A stretch of DNA of 64,000 bases from Candidatus Heimdallarchaeota archaeon (GCA_019058275.1 JAHLVW010000036.1:64001-128000); one strand, 5' to 3'. Counted from the first letter of the stretch, positions 50,858 through 61,826 are shown. Made by a program: numbers and translations. The notes: generated from the sequence alone by a model not told the origin.

Positions 50858-51589
50858 TTGTTATTTATGAAAGAACAAGATCTATATAAGAAACTAGCAA
50901 AATACTATGATTATCTTTATGCTTGGAAAGATTACAAAAAGGAAGCAGAGCAGATAAAAGAAGAGATTGTAAAATACAAAAAATCAACTGGTAATAAGTT
51001 GCTTGATATGGCTTGTGGGACTGGCAGTCATCTTGAGCATTTTACTGATGACTATGAATGTACAGGAATTGATATTAATTCTGAAATATTGGAGGTTGCA
51101 AAGAGCAAAGGCCTTAAAGCATCTTTTATTCTGGGTGACATGACTGATTTTGACCTCGGAACAGAATTCGACATTATATTATGCTTATTTAGCTCAATTG
51201 GTTATGTTAAAACAAAGGAAAATCTAACAAAAACTATAGAGTGTTTTACTAAACATCTAAAGAAAGGAGGGGTGTTAATTATAGAACCTTGGTTAACAAA
51301 GGAGATCTACAGAGCTGGTTCCCCACATATGACAACATTTGATGGTGAAAAGCTAAAAATCGCTCGAGTAAATATCTCTGAACTAAAAGGTGATATATCA
51401 TATTTTGAAATGCACTATCTGATAGCTGAAGAAAATAAGCATGTAATTCATTTTGTTGATCAGCATGAGCTTGCTTTGTTTCCTATTGAGCTAATGGTTT
51501 CTCTTTGTCAGAATAATGGGTTAATTACTCATCATAATAAAGAAGGATTATTCGACAATCGTGGACTGTTGATTGGTGTTAAGGAATAA
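50858..51589 (+). CDS. Class I SAM methyltransferase (TylM1/DesVI-like)
   Basis: LLDMACGTGSH, GDMTDF, CLFSSIGY, IIEPW. Confidence 0.88.
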   Translation: MLFMKEQDLYKKLAKYYDYLYAWKDYKKEAEQIKEEIVKYKKSTGNKLLDMACGTGSHLEHFTDDYECTGIDINSEILEVAKSKGLKASFILGDMTDFDLGTEFDIILCLFSSIGYVKTKENLTKTIECFTKHLKKGGVLIIEPWLTKEIYRAGSPHMTTFDGEKLKIARVNISELKGDISYFEMHYLIAEENKHVIHFVDQHELALFPIELMVSLCQNNGLITHHNKEGLFDNRGLLIGVKE

Positions 51590-51672
51590 ATTGACCCATT
51601 ATTATTAGTATCAAGGATATTCCTGCACAAATATATGATGATAATAAAGACCAGATGCATGATTTATTTGTT

Positions 51673-53796
51673 TCATTTTATTCCTTTGTAGATAGCTTCA
51701 CTGAAATTAATTCTCCTCATTTGTGATTGAGAAATAATCTCCTCGAAATAATGAGCAGACATTCCTGCAACTCTACCAAAAATAAAGACTGCTTTAGCTA
51801 TTTTTGGGTCGAGATTCAAATCTGCAATAATGGCACCAATAACTCCATCAACATTTATTGGAAGTTCAATACCTCTTACTTGTTTGAAGATATCAGTAAT
51901 TACTTTAGAAATTTCTATGCTTTCAGCTGCTATGTTAGCATTATCTGCTTTCTTCCATAAAACATCACGTCTAGGATCCTTAGTATGAATTCTGTGACCT
52001 AATCCTTGCACTCTTTTTCCATCTTTGATATACTCAGTAATAACTACCTGAGTAGCTTCAGCAAGACCTATGTTTTTTTCTTTGGCTAGTTGAATGCATT
52101 TCTTATAGAATAGAGTAGCTTTTGTTCCTGCACCTCCATGAACATCAGTTATCGCACCAATTCCTTGTGCAATTGCTACTTCATATGGAGCTCTAACAGA
52201 TGCAGCGATTCTTGCAGCTTGTGTAGAAGGTGGTGTGACTCCATGGTCAACACTAGCAACTATCATAGCTTCGATTAGCTCAGCTTTTTTGTTTTGTGTT
52301 GACGCTTCACCTGTTATTACTGAATAAATAACTTGAGTAAAAGTATGTTTGTTTTCAACGTTATCAATTATCTTCTCATAACCTAGTATGGATGCTAAAT
52401 ATCTTGTAATCCTTCCAAGTCCAAAAACAGCTATTTCCAATGATGATTTAATACCCTTTTTAGAGTACTCTGCAAGTTCTTCATCTAGTAAAAGATATTT
52501 GCTAAGCGTTTTTGCTATATCCTCATCCTTAATTGGTTTTACTTTTGGAACAGGTAATTTTACAGCTTCAATTGCAATTTTGTTTAATTCATTACTAATT
52601 TCTTTTGTTGGAAGTTTTCCTTTCAAAAGTAAATGAGTTGTCTCGAGTAGATTATTGTTCTTAATTATCTCTTGTAATGGTTTTCCAGAGACAATAATAT
52701 TATTGGGTTCAATTTTCGTGATTAATGTTGCCCATTCTGGTTTTTTCGGAGGTTCTTCCCAATTTTTCCTAAGTTTTTCTTGATAGCTTTCAACAGAGAA
52801 ATATTGTTTGTCATGCAATTTCTTTTTGACTTCTTTTATCAAATTATGTTGACCATTTACTACAGGAATACCTACCTTTTCAAAAGCTTCCTTTTTTGTT
52901 ATGAAGGTACCATATTCTTGTCCAGGAGTAACTATAGCTCCCGCGTGTCCCATGGTTTTTCCTTCAGGAGCATTTGCTCCAGAAATCAAAGCTACCATTG
53001 GTTTTGGGTATTTCTCTGGATGCTTTTCAACATCCTCTGCTAAAATCTCTTCTTGGCATCCTCCAATTTCTCCTGCAATAACAATAAGATCTGTATTGAA
53101 ATATTTCTGTACTAGTGGAACAATGTCCAAGAATCTTGTTCCGATGGCTCCATCTCCACCTATTCCTAATACTGCATTTTGTGCTATGCCTACACTTGCT
53201 AATGCATCTGACATGTGATAGAGAATTGCTCCACTTCTCGAGACAATTGTAACTCCTTTTGGTCCAAATTCAGTTGATGTTTTTTCTTCTGGATAGAAGA
53301 TATCAGGTAACATACCTACCTTGATTCCTTCTGGTGGAAAGATTATTCCCGGAGTATTTCCACCAAATAATATCGTTTTATGTTTTTTTGCAGCAACAAT
53401 AATATCTCTTACATCTTTGAGAGGTATAAATTCACTAATTAGAACTACTATTGGTATTCCTGCTTCTATTACTTCAATTGCTAAATCCTTTACTGCTGAA
53501 TAATGTTTCCAGATGCTAGCAATTGCTACATTAGGATTTTCTTTTAGACATTCTGTGATTGTATCATATACGGGAATAACTTCATGAATTCTAGTTCCAC
53601 CTCGTCCTATTGATACTCCAGCAGTAATTTTAGTACCAAAATCTTTCATTAATCCAGCATGTTTCATTCCTTGTCTGCCTAATCCAATGATTACTGTGTC
53701 AACTGTACCAGTTTTTTCAATATGTGCAGCTAGATCTGGTCTTACTTGATTAATTAGAAAATATAACATACCATCTTTTACTGGTATTCTTTTCAT
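51673..53796 (-). CDS. SucD-like CoA-binding/phospho-His subunit fused to a citryl-CoA lyase (citrate synthase fold) domain
   Basis: GNTPGII, SRSGA, GIGGD, GEIGG, MGHAGA; then DHGVTPPS, HGGAG, GLGHRIHTKDPR, PINVDG. Confidence 0.88.
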   Translation of the reverse strand: MKRIPVKDGMLYFLINQVRPDLAAHIEKTGTVDTVIIGLGRQGMKHAGLMKDFGTKITAGVSIGRGGTRIHEVIPVYDTITECLKENPNVAIASIWKHYSAVKDLAIEVIEAGIPIVVLISEFIPLKDVRDIIVAAKKHKTILFGGNTPGIIFPPEGIKVGMLPDIFYPEEKTSTEFGPKGVTIVSRSGAILYHMSDALASVGIAQNAVLGIGGDGAIGTRFLDIVPLVQKYFNTDLIVIAGEIGGCQEEILAEDVEKHPEKYPKPMVALISGANAPEGKTMGHAGAIVTPGQEYGTFITKKEAFEKVGIPVVNGQHNLIKEVKKKLHDKQYFSVESYQEKLRKNWEEPPKKPEWATLITKIEPNNIIVSGKPLQEIIKNNNLLETTHLLLKGKLPTKEISNELNKIAIEAVKLPVPKVKPIKDEDIAKTLSKYLLLDEELAEYSKKGIKSSLEIAVFGLGRITRYLASILGYEKIIDNVENKHTFTQVIYSVITGEASTQNKKAELIEAMIVASVDHGVTPPSTQAARIAASVRAPYEVAIAQGIGAITDVHGGAGTKATLFYKKCIQLAKEKNIGLAEATQVVITEYIKDGKRVQGLGHRIHTKDPRRDVLWKKADNANIAAESIEISKVITDIFKQVRGIELPINVDGVIGAIIADLNLDPKIAKAVFIFGRVAGMSAHYFEEIISQSQMRRINFSEAIYKGIK

Positions 53797-55079
53797 GCTG
53801 CTTCCTCCTTAAGAATTTCAAAGCCTTTTTTCAGAGCATCTTTGATGACATCTGCCATAATCCTTTCATTTCCAACCTCTATTTGCATTAAAAACAATGC
53901 ATCAGGTGTTTCAATGATCGCTTTCTCAAGATATTTCTTTGCAGAGGGTAAATCAGTTCCCACCATTCTACCAATAACTGGAATCATTCTTTGCTCGTTT
54001 TTATAACGATCTCTGAACGCCTTTACAACACCTCGTATGAATATATCACAGCTCGAGATACCTCCAAATCTTGAAGTGACAATGAGGTCAACAAGTGGAT
54101 AATCCATTAAAAGATGAAACATTTCTGCTACTCTAGCAACTGGAGGTCCTCCTCCGCTATCCATAAAGTTTATTGGAATAACCTTTCCATCAAAGAATTT
54201 CTTTCCAATATTTGCTACTTCATCTATTGATAAAATTCCATAACCTGCTCCACCGGGAACTAATCCAACATACAGAATACCCTTTTCTTTTTTATCATTG
54301 AAAGGCAATAAATCAACATAAGGAAATTCATTGTCATATGATCGAATTTCATTTGCTGTTGGTTCCGCAACATCATGTCTCTTGTGTGTCAAATCAACAC
54401 TTTCAAGGAGTTTACTTTGTCTGTATAATCCATTATCGTCTAATACAACCTTAGCATCTGCAGCTAAAACATCAGTTGGAGTGATTATTAATGGATTTAT
54501 CTCGCACAATTTGGCATCTATTTTTTGATAAAGGTTGTAAAGATTGCTTATTATTGTTGCCAATATCTTGACCTTTTCTTTTGTAAGTTTAAGAGTCTGA
54601 TTAAGTTTTTCAGCGAGTTCATTAGCAATTTTTCTTGGGAGTTCTTTTTCATTTTTTGTTAATTCTTTTCTGAAAATCAGCTCAGGATTTGTCTTTGCAA
54701 CCTCTTCAATATCCACACCACCAGAAGGACTGACAATTATTACATTGTTGTATGATTTAGGTTCCATTGTAACTCCTAAATAGCAAGCTTTAACCTCTCC
54801 TACTGCTTCCTCAAAAAAGACAATTTCAACAGGATAATCCTTAATCACAAGGTTGAGTAAATCTTCTGTTACCTTTTTTGCTTCCTTTAGAGAATTTACT
54901 TTTTTTACTCCACCAGCTTTCCCACGACCACCAATTAAAACAGACGCTTTAACCATAGCTGGGAATTTAATTTTAAGTTGTTCGATCTCTGAAACATTGG
55001 TCACAACACCATATTGTTTTGGGATTGGTATGTCATTTTCTGCGAAAATCTTCTTGGCTTCATGTTCATAAAGTCTCAA
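53793..55079 (-). CDS. SucC-like ATP-grasp beta subunit (succinyl-/citryl-CoA synthetase type)
   Basis: RLYEHEAK, GGRGKAGGV, GGVDIEE, EINPL, ADAK, GGAG, NFMDSGGG; ATGA overlap with the downstream gene. Confidence 0.9.
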   Translation of the reverse strand: MRLYEHEAKKIFAENDIPIPKQYGVVTNVSEIEQLKIKFPAMVKASVLIGGRGKAGGVKKVNSLKEAKKVTEDLLNLVIKDYPVEIVFFEEAVGEVKACYLGVTMEPKSYNNVIIVSPSGGVDIEEVAKTNPELIFRKELTKNEKELPRKIANELAEKLNQTLKLTKEKVKILATIISNLYNLYQKIDAKLCEINPLIITPTDVLAADAKVVLDDNGLYRQSKLLESVDLTHKRHDVAEPTANEIRSYDNEFPYVDLLPFNDKKEKGILYVGLVPGGAGYGILSIDEVANIGKKFFDGKVIPINFMDSGGGPPVARVAEMFHLLMDYPLVDLIVTSRFGGISSCDIFIRGVVKAFRDRYKNEQRMIPVIGRMVGTDLPSAKKYLEKAIIETPDALFLMQIEVGNERIMADVIKDALKKGFEILKEEAA

Positions 55080-55169
55080 CTTTTGGTCCTCCCAAGATGA
55101 TCATTTTACGAATTTAATATACAATAATACTTCATAAATTATATGTAGTGCTTTATTTATAGTTATCAT

Positions 55170-55734
55170 ATGAAATTGGTTGTTATTTTTGGTCCACCTG
55201 CTGTAGGAAAAATGGCTGTTGGTAGAGAGTTAGCAAAATTGACAGGATTCAAATTATTCCATAATCATATGACAATAGAATTAGTGATAGAATTTTTTGA
55301 TTATGGTACACCAAAGTTCAATATTCTTAATCAAGAGTTTCGACGTAGAATCTTTGAAGAAGTAGCATCAAGCGATTTGCCTGGTTATGATTTTTACCTA
55401 TGTTTGGGCACTTGATGAAGAATCTGACACAAAGTATGTTGACGGATTTACTCAATTATTCAAAGAAAAAGGCGGAGAGGTTTTTTTTGTTGAATTAGAG
55501 GCTACTTTAGAGGAACGGTTAAAGAGAAATGTTTCTGAATTACGTTTACAAAAAAACCCTATAAAAGAGATACAGAACTAAGTCAAAAACGAATGTTAAG
55601 AACTGAAAAAAAAATACAAAATGAATACAGATAATGATTTCTTTTATCAAGAGAATTATGTCAAGATAAATAATACAAAACTTAGTGCTGAAGAAACTGC
55701 CCAACAAATCAAAAAGGAATTTAGTTTTTTGTGA
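55170..55734 (+). pseudogene. P-loop kinase/AAA family protein, three frameshifts
   Basis: GPPAVGKM, LFHNH; shifts near 55386, 55555 (A run) and 55610 (A run); reconstructs to ...INNTKLSAEETAQQIKKEFSFL*. Confidence 0.8.
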
Positions 55735-55817
55735 TTTTACATCAATCTAGAATTTATCTGAGATAAAAAGTATCTTAAGAACAAGAAGTAATAATATAAT
55801 CATTTAATTTCGTTATG

Positions 55818-56141
55818 TTATGCTGATTTGTTACTTCTTTTAGTTGACAATTCTAAATCTAGTTGTAAGGCTATATTATTTTTTTCTGAATAGAGCTTTG
55901 CTTCTCGCTTAGTTTTGAAAGTCTTGATAACATAGCATTCGTAAAAATTTGTTTTATCATTTATTGTGAATTCCATAACACAACTTGCTTGTTCTCGAGG
56001 TTCTGTGTAGACTTTTAGAAGACAAATTTGCTTTTCTTTAGCAAATTCCTTACATTTCTAGCAATGTTTTGGTCCTCTTGCACAATGGCTGGGTATAATT
56101 TCTCTTATAAAAAGAAGTTCTTTAATTGCTTTCTACCTCAT
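55818..56141 (-). pseudogene. Small Cys-containing protein with an internal TAG
   Basis: KELLFIREIIPSHCARGPKHC*KCKE...KTFKTKREAKLYS; TAG at 56058-60; start codon apparently damaged. Confidence 0.55.
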
Positions 56142-56315
56142 ATTTCATCTAATAGCATATTATAATCATTTTGTCACTTAAAAAATTATATAACAAATAT
56201 CTGTAAATACTTTCGATGAAGTCTTACAATAACAAATATCTTACTTTATGAATCATAGTTTTTAATTGATTGTAATACATAAACAACTTGTAAATATACA
56301 AAGGAGAATTATGTT

Positions 56316-56702
56316 TTGAAAAATCCAATGAAAATTAGAAGAGTCTATTTTCAAGTAAAAGTAGATGATTTAATTAGAGCTAAAGATTTTTACAATGATG
56401 TTTTTAGTTTCGATGTTGCCTATTTCGAGGGAGCTGCAATTGGTTGGTGCGAAATGCAATTGCCTGGTGACTCAAGATTAGGATTAAATCTAAGACGACC
56501 AGATGAAGAAAAGAAACCTCCAAGTTGGGGCGTTCTTACTCTTGAAGTTGAAAACCTTGAAGAAACAAGAGAGTATTTAGTGAAGAAAGAATTAGAAGCA
56601 AGTGAGATTTTTGATAATCCTAATTACGTCTCATTCTTTAACGTAAAAGATTCAGAAGGTAATACAATACAAATAGTTGGTGATCCTCGAATAAAGGATT
56701 AG
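56316..56702 (+). CDS. VOC/glyoxalase family protein
   Basis: VDDLIRAKDFYNDVF...VKDSEGNTIQI. Confidence 0.88.
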   Translation: MKNPMKIRRVYFQVKVDDLIRAKDFYNDVFSFDVAYFEGAAIGWCEMQLPGDSRLGLNLRRPDEEKKPPSWGVLTLEVENLEETREYLVKKELEASEIFDNPNYVSFFNVKDSEGNTIQIVGDPRIKD

Positions 56703-56708
56703 AGATTA

Positions 56709-57527
56709 TTACATATAATCCTCTAATCCATAAGCTTCATTTAATAGTTCATATAACCTGGCAACACATCGAACAGCTGGTGCTCCGTCGACTACATCAT
56801 GATTGAACTCGACTACAACATGTAGAATATCTCTTATAACTATCTTATCATCCCTAACAACAGGCTTCTTAACGATACCCGCTATTGCAAAAGTTGTTGA
56901 GTGCATAGTTTTAGGAATTGCCCAACCAGTAATACCTTTGCCCATCATACCCATAGAAGTACAACCTACTGTTCCAAAATGTTTCCTTATCTTAAATGGA
57001 TTAGTCATAATTGAACCCCAGACAACTTTCCTACGTATGAATTGTGGTACTTTCATCAAGAGTTTTTGTGTGTTCTTTACCTTACGTTCCTTCTCTCTTT
57101 GATCATCATCATACTTTTGGGCAGATCGAATTTCATCATTGATTTCTTTAAAGCTCTTCTTATCTGCTTTTCTGATTATATAAACAATAGGAACTTTCCT
57201 ATCTTTGATTTGCTTTTCAACTAAGCACTTAATATCTACATCATGAAAGACAATCATCTTTCTTCGACCTTTTCTAAAAGTCTGAACAACTTTATTCTCT
57301 GAAACTGCTTGTCCAATGCATTTCATTACCCAAGAAGTAAATGACAATCTCTCTCCAGTTTTCTCTCTATGTTTGGCGATAATTTCTACACCCTTTGTTA
57401 CATCGTATTCTATTAAGCCAATAATATGATTATAATATTTACTCATGTTTACTGCATCTGTAATCATTTCACGTGCTTTTGTAAACCGCTCAACGTGATA
57501 ATCTTCTGTTCTGGTCATTCTTATCAC
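56709..57527 (-). CDS. Stand-alone 2-oxoacid dehydrogenase E2 acyltransferase catalytic domain
   Basis: FNHDVVDGAPA (HxxxDG); no lipoyl domain. Confidence 0.88.
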   Translation of the reverse strand: MIRMTRTEDYHVERFTKAREMITDAVNMSKYYNHIIGLIEYDVTKGVEIIAKHREKTGERLSFTSWVMKCIGQAVSENKVVQTFRKGRRKMIVFHDVDIKCLVEKQIKDRKVPIVYIIRKADKKSFKEINDEIRSAQKYDDDQREKERKVKNTQKLLMKVPQFIRRKVVWGSIMTNPFKIRKHFGTVGCTSMGMMGKGITGWAIPKTMHSTTFAIAGIVKKPVVRDDKIVIRDILHVVVEFNHDVVDGAPAVRCVARLYELLNEAYGLEDYM

Positions 57528-57732
57528 ATCAATCTTTTAGGAAATACACATTAAAAAATTTTATCAGTTGTTATTGTAAAATTTGTCTATGTTTATATCA
57601 AAATTATTTATCTCAGTAATAAATTTTCATTACTTTATTTTTTAATAGGAAAGACTAAAACACAACGTTACTACTAGAATTACTGATGATAAATTCACCT
57701 CTAGATAATCTATGTAAGGAAATAAATTTGGA

Positions 57733-58308
57733 TTGAGTAAAATGAACATATTCTCTAAGGTAGCACATAAATATGATAAAATCGTCGGAACATTTGATCT
57801 TAACAGCATAATAGATTACATGCCACTTGATGACAAAACATTATTGGTTGATCTAGGAGGAGGGACTGGTAGAGTAGCAAAAGATCTTCAAAACTATGTT
57901 AATGATTGTCTTGTTTTTGATTTGTCCTATGAAATGCTACAACAAGCTAAATCTAAAACAAATGCGTTTATTTTACTTCAAGGAAGTAGTGATGAATTAC
58001 CAATAAAATCAAATTCTATTAATCAAATTTTCTTGAATGATTCATTGCATCATATTAGAAAATATAGAGAAACTTTAGATGAATGCTATAGGTCTTTGAA
58101 ACCAAATGGTAAATTAATCATTCGCGAATTTGACAAAAAATACATAGGAAATATTTTCTTAAGATTTTTTGAGTTCATCTTTGGCTTTAAGAGTAAATTC
58201 TTTTCTGTTAAAGAGATTTCAACTTTGTGCCAGGAAATTGGTTTTTCAGTTACTGTTAATAAACCAAATAAAAGCACCTTTATCTTAGTTGCTGAAAAGA
58301 AAGCATAG
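57733..58308 (+). CDS. Class I SAM methyltransferase (UbiE-like)
   Basis: VDLGGGTG, DLSYEML, DSLHH, LKPNG. Confidence 0.88.
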   Translation: MSKMNIFSKVAHKYDKIVGTFDLNSIIDYMPLDDKTLLVDLGGGTGRVAKDLQNYVNDCLVFDLSYEMLQQAKSKTNAFILLQGSSDELPIKSNSINQIFLNDSLHHIRKYRETLDECYRSLKPNGKLIIREFDKKYIGNIFLRFFEFIFGFKSKFFSVKEISTLCQEIGFSVTVNKPNKSTFILVAEKKA

Positions 58309-58327
58309 AATTTCTCATCTATAAATT

Positions 58328-59293
58328 TCAGTGTGTATTAATGATTTCATAAAATAAATCATCCTCAATATTGCCACCTGAAATTATACAAACAATTTTC
58401 TTTCCAACAAATTTTTCTGTTGTTTCAATTAAAGGAGCAATTGCTGCAGCTGCTGAACCTTCTGTTATGAGCTTCTCTTTTCTCCAGAGTAATGCTAATG
58501 CATCTTTTATCGTTTCTTCTTCAACTACCACAACTTCATCTACAAATTCCTTAATAATATCAAAAGTCATTGAATCCTTCTCAATTCCCCCGTACATGCC
58601 ATCAGCAATTGATTCTTTCATATCAACGTTAACGATTTTGCCTGCTTTGAGTGATTCATACATAGCAGGACAAGCAGCAGTTTGTATGCCTGTTATCCGT
58701 TTTTTCTTATCACTATTTTTTATAGCAATTGCTATTCCTGATATTAATCCTCCCCCACCAACAGGAACAAGTACTTCATCAACTTCAGGTAATTCATCAA
58801 GTATTTCTAATCCGATTGTACCTTGACCAGCAATAATCCATTTGTCATTATAAGCTGAAACGTAGGTTCTTCCTTCTGAATAGGCTAAAAGTAAAGCTTC
58901 TTTTTCAGCTTCATCATAATTTTCTCCATGAAGAACAAGTTCAACTTCAAATTTCTTAATTTTATCAAGTTTAATTTTTGGAGTAGTTTTTGGTACAATT
59001 ATTTTTGCAGATATATTTAGCACTTTAGCACTAATTGCAATTGCTTGTGCATGGTTCCCAGAAGATGCAGTTATGATCCCTTTTATAGACTCCTCTTTCG
59101 TTAAATTCAGTAATTTGGAAAAAGCTCCTCTAATTTTGAATGAATTAGTTAATTGCTTATTTTCTAATTTGAGGTAAATCTCATTGTTAAATAATGTACT
59201 TAAGAACTCTGATTTAATTAGTGGAGTTTTCTTGATATAAGGATCTATTAATTCTTTGGCTCGAATAATTTCTTTGATATCTATCATCATCAA
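58328..59293 (-). CDS. Threonine/serine dehydratase (PLP), no regulatory domain
   Basis: SFKIRGA, SSGNHAQ, GQGTIGLE, VGGGGLISG, SGGN. Confidence 0.92.
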   Translation of the reverse strand: MMMIDIKEIIRAKELIDPYIKKTPLIKSEFLSTLFNNEIYLKLENKQLTNSFKIRGAFSKLLNLTKEESIKGIITASSGNHAQAIAISAKVLNISAKIIVPKTTPKIKLDKIKKFEVELVLHGENYDEAEKEALLLAYSEGRTYVSAYNDKWIIAGQGTIGLEILDELPEVDEVLVPVGGGGLISGIAIAIKNSDKKKRITGIQTAACPAMYESLKAGKIVNVDMKESIADGMYGGIEKDSMTFDIIKEFVDEVVVVEEETIKDALALLWRKEKLITEGSAAAAIAPLIETTEKFVGKKIVCIISGGNIEDDLFYEIINTH

Positions 59294-59369
59294 ATAATAT
59301 TAGTGCTCGTAGATTTAAGCTTTACACAAAAAACGATGAAAGTTTAAAAATTTAGATGCGATTATAATA

Positions 59370-59990
59370 TTGATTGTAATGTTAATAAACGAAATGATTA
59401 GCTGCAAAGATTTTTCTTGTTATGATCTAAATAAAAGTGGCTATCTTGTTCCTGATGTATCCATTAATCCTGAGAAAATTAAGATATTAATGATTGCTGA
59501 AGCTATGCCTGAAAATCCTAATGATTATTTTTATTCCAAGAAAGATCCTGTTTTTATGGAAACAACTTTACAAGCATTTAGAGATGCAAATCTAGAAGTT
59601 AATACAATTGATGATATTGTGGACCTAGGATTTTACCTAACAATTGCTGTGAAATGCGCAAAGATAGGGTATTCTGTACCAACTAATGCAATCAAGAATT
59701 GTTCTTTTATTCTCGAGAAAGAAATTAATCTTTTTCTGAATTATAAGGTAATAATGCTTATGGGTGATGTAGCAATAAAAGCAATGAACTATATAGCTAG
59801 AAGAAATTCTGGAAAACGAGCAATTCCCAGTGGTTCGACATATAAGATTAGAAAGGATGAGTTTTATTATAAAAATATTCGATTGTTCCCTTCCTATCTT
59901 ATAACAGGCAAAAATTATCTTATAGAAAAATCAAAAAGAAGAATGATAGCTGAAGATATTACAAATGCTATGGATTATATTAAGAAATAA
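59370..59990 (+). CDS. Uracil-DNA glycosylase superfamily protein
   Basis: MIAEAMP, AVKCAK, CSFILEKEI, LMGDVA. Confidence 0.8.
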   Translation: MIVMLINEMISCKDFSCYDLNKSGYLVPDVSINPEKIKILMIAEAMPENPNDYFYSKKDPVFMETTLQAFRDANLEVNTIDDIVDLGFYLTIAVKCAKIGYSVPTNAIKNCSFILEKEINLFLNYKVIMLMGDVAIKAMNYIARRNSGKRAIPSGSTYKIRKDEFYYKNIRLFPSYLITGKNYLIEKSKRRMIAEDITNAMDYIKK

Positions 59991-60080
59991 TATCTTAATC
60001 ATCCATCACTTTAATATATTAGAAACAGTGAATAACATTAAAAAAGGGTAGTTAACAAATTTCAAACGAGGAAAAATATT

Positions 60081-60227
60081 ATGACAAAATATGTTTGTCA
60101 CCGTTGTGGTAAAATAATTACTCCAGAAGCATTAAACTTAATGCCTGGATCAAAATGCCCTGATTGTGGTCACAGAATACTATTAAAAACTAGACCACCA
60201 ATTATCAAGAAATTAAAAGCAAGATAA
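60081..60227 (+). CDS. rpoP: DNA-directed RNA polymerase subunit P (Rpo12)
   Basis: MTKYVCHRCGK...KCPDCGHRILLKTRPPIIKKLKAR*; not in the ORF track. Confidence 0.9.
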   Translation: MTKYVCHRCGKIITPEALNLMPGSKCPDCGHRILLKTRPPIIKKLKAR

Positions 60228-60266
60228 TCATCCTTTTTTTAAATAAAGAAATTAGAATAAATGAGA

Positions 60267-61826
60267 TTAGCTCTCATTTTTTTCTTTTAAAATCTTATCC
60301 ATTTCTGTAAAGGAATATTCGCCTGATAGTAACAAAACTAAAGCTTCTGTTAATTCATCTAAGTGAATTCTTACTTGTTCCATTGAATCTCTGTCTCTTA
60401 TAGTAACTGTTTCATCTTGCAAAGTGTCATAATCAATAGTCACACAATAGGGTGTTCCTATTTCATCAGAACGAGCATAACGCTTTCCTATTTTTCCACT
60501 ACTATCAAAGATTGCTTCTAATCCTTCAGCTTTCAAATCATCAAATATCTCAAGAGCTTTCTCTTCTAAGCCATCCTTTTTCATTAATGGACAAACCTGA
60601 ACATCATAAGGTGAAATTGTGGATGGAAATTGAAACCATGTCCAATCTCTATCATCTGTTTCTTTATAGCAACTCTCGAGTATACAATACATTGTTCTAC
60701 CAACACCAATAGATGGTTCTACAACATAAGGTATGACATTTCCAGCAATGTGTTGAATTCCCATTTTTGTTTTGCTTGCTTTCTCATGACTTGTTAAATC
60801 ATGTTGTTGTCTGAAAGCATTACCAACAACTTCTGTCCAACCAATTGAAAGTTTTACCTCAAGATCAAAATTTCCTCCACTATAATGAGGAGTTTCTTTT
60901 GGAAGCATGTGTCTGAATCGTATTAGCTCTGGTTTTATTCCAGCTTCCTCAAAGAATATTTTTTCTTTTACAAGATAATATGCTATGGCAGCGTTTGGTA
61001 ATATGCCTTTTTTAACTGCATCATCAGCAGTCACTAGCAGTGGTTCTTCTTCAGTTTTGTCTTGTTGTTCTCGAGTTAAAATTGGTAGAACTTCATCAGC
61101 TAGCTCTTCAAATCTTGGAGGATCATTTAGTTGCTCTTCTGCAAAGAAAACTTCTAGCTCCATCTGTGTGAATTCCCTAACTCGAATAATGAATTGTCTT
61201 GGAGAAATCTCGTTTCTAAACACTTTACCAACTTGTGCAATACCAAAAGGTAATTTAGCTCTCATTGCATGAGAGACTCGTTTGAAACTTGTGAAGATAT
61301 TCTGAGCTGTTTCGGGACGTAAGTACGATACATTACCCTTTAATGAACCAACTTCTGTTTTAAGCATTAAATTAAACTCTCTTGCATCCATGAACTCTCC
61401 TTGACATTGAGGACATGTGAGTTTATTTTTTACAATAATCTTATCAAGTTCATCAAGTGCTAAGCCATCTGTATTTTGATTCAGATTATCTTCAATAACC
61501 TTGTCTGCTCGAAACATTGACTTACATTTTTTGCACTGAACTAGTGGATCATTGAATTTATCAACATGTCCTGAAGCCTTGAAGACCTTTTCAGGAAGAA
61601 TGATTGCACCTGAAATTTCAAAATGATTCTCTTCTTTTACAAAGTATTCTCGCCAGAAATTAATCAATTTATGTCTCATCAATGTTCCTAGTGGTCCATA
61701 GTCAAATGTACCCGATAACCCACCATAAATTTCACCTGTAGGGTAAGCAAACCCTCTTCTAAGTGAAACTTCTTGGATCTTATCTAAGAGTGTTTGTTCT
61801 TTCTTTGAAATACTCACTTCCTCCAA
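60267..61826 (-). CDS. glyS: Glycine--tRNA ligase (archaeal/eukaryotic type)
   Basis: EIYGG, DYGPLG, LRPETAQ, FRNEISPRQ..RVREFTQME, EPSIG, IGKRYARSDEIG. Confidence 0.96.
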   Translation of the reverse strand: MEEVSISKKEQTLLDKIQEVSLRRGFAYPTGEIYGGLSGTFDYGPLGTLMRHKLINFWREYFVKEENHFEISGAIILPEKVFKASGHVDKFNDPLVQCKKCKSMFRADKVIEDNLNQNTDGLALDELDKIIVKNKLTCPQCQGEFMDAREFNLMLKTEVGSLKGNVSYLRPETAQNIFTSFKRVSHAMRAKLPFGIAQVGKVFRNEISPRQFIIRVREFTQMELEVFFAEEQLNDPPRFEELADEVLPILTREQQDKTEEEPLLVTADDAVKKGILPNAAIAYYLVKEKIFFEEAGIKPELIRFRHMLPKETPHYSGGNFDLEVKLSIGWTEVVGNAFRQQHDLTSHEKASKTKMGIQHIAGNVIPYVVEPSIGVGRTMYCILESCYKETDDRDWTWFQFPSTISPYDVQVCPLMKKDGLEEKALEIFDDLKAEGLEAIFDSSGKIGKRYARSDEIGTPYCVTIDYDTLQDETVTIRDRDSMEQVRIHLDELTEALVLLLSGEYSFTEMDKILKEKNES

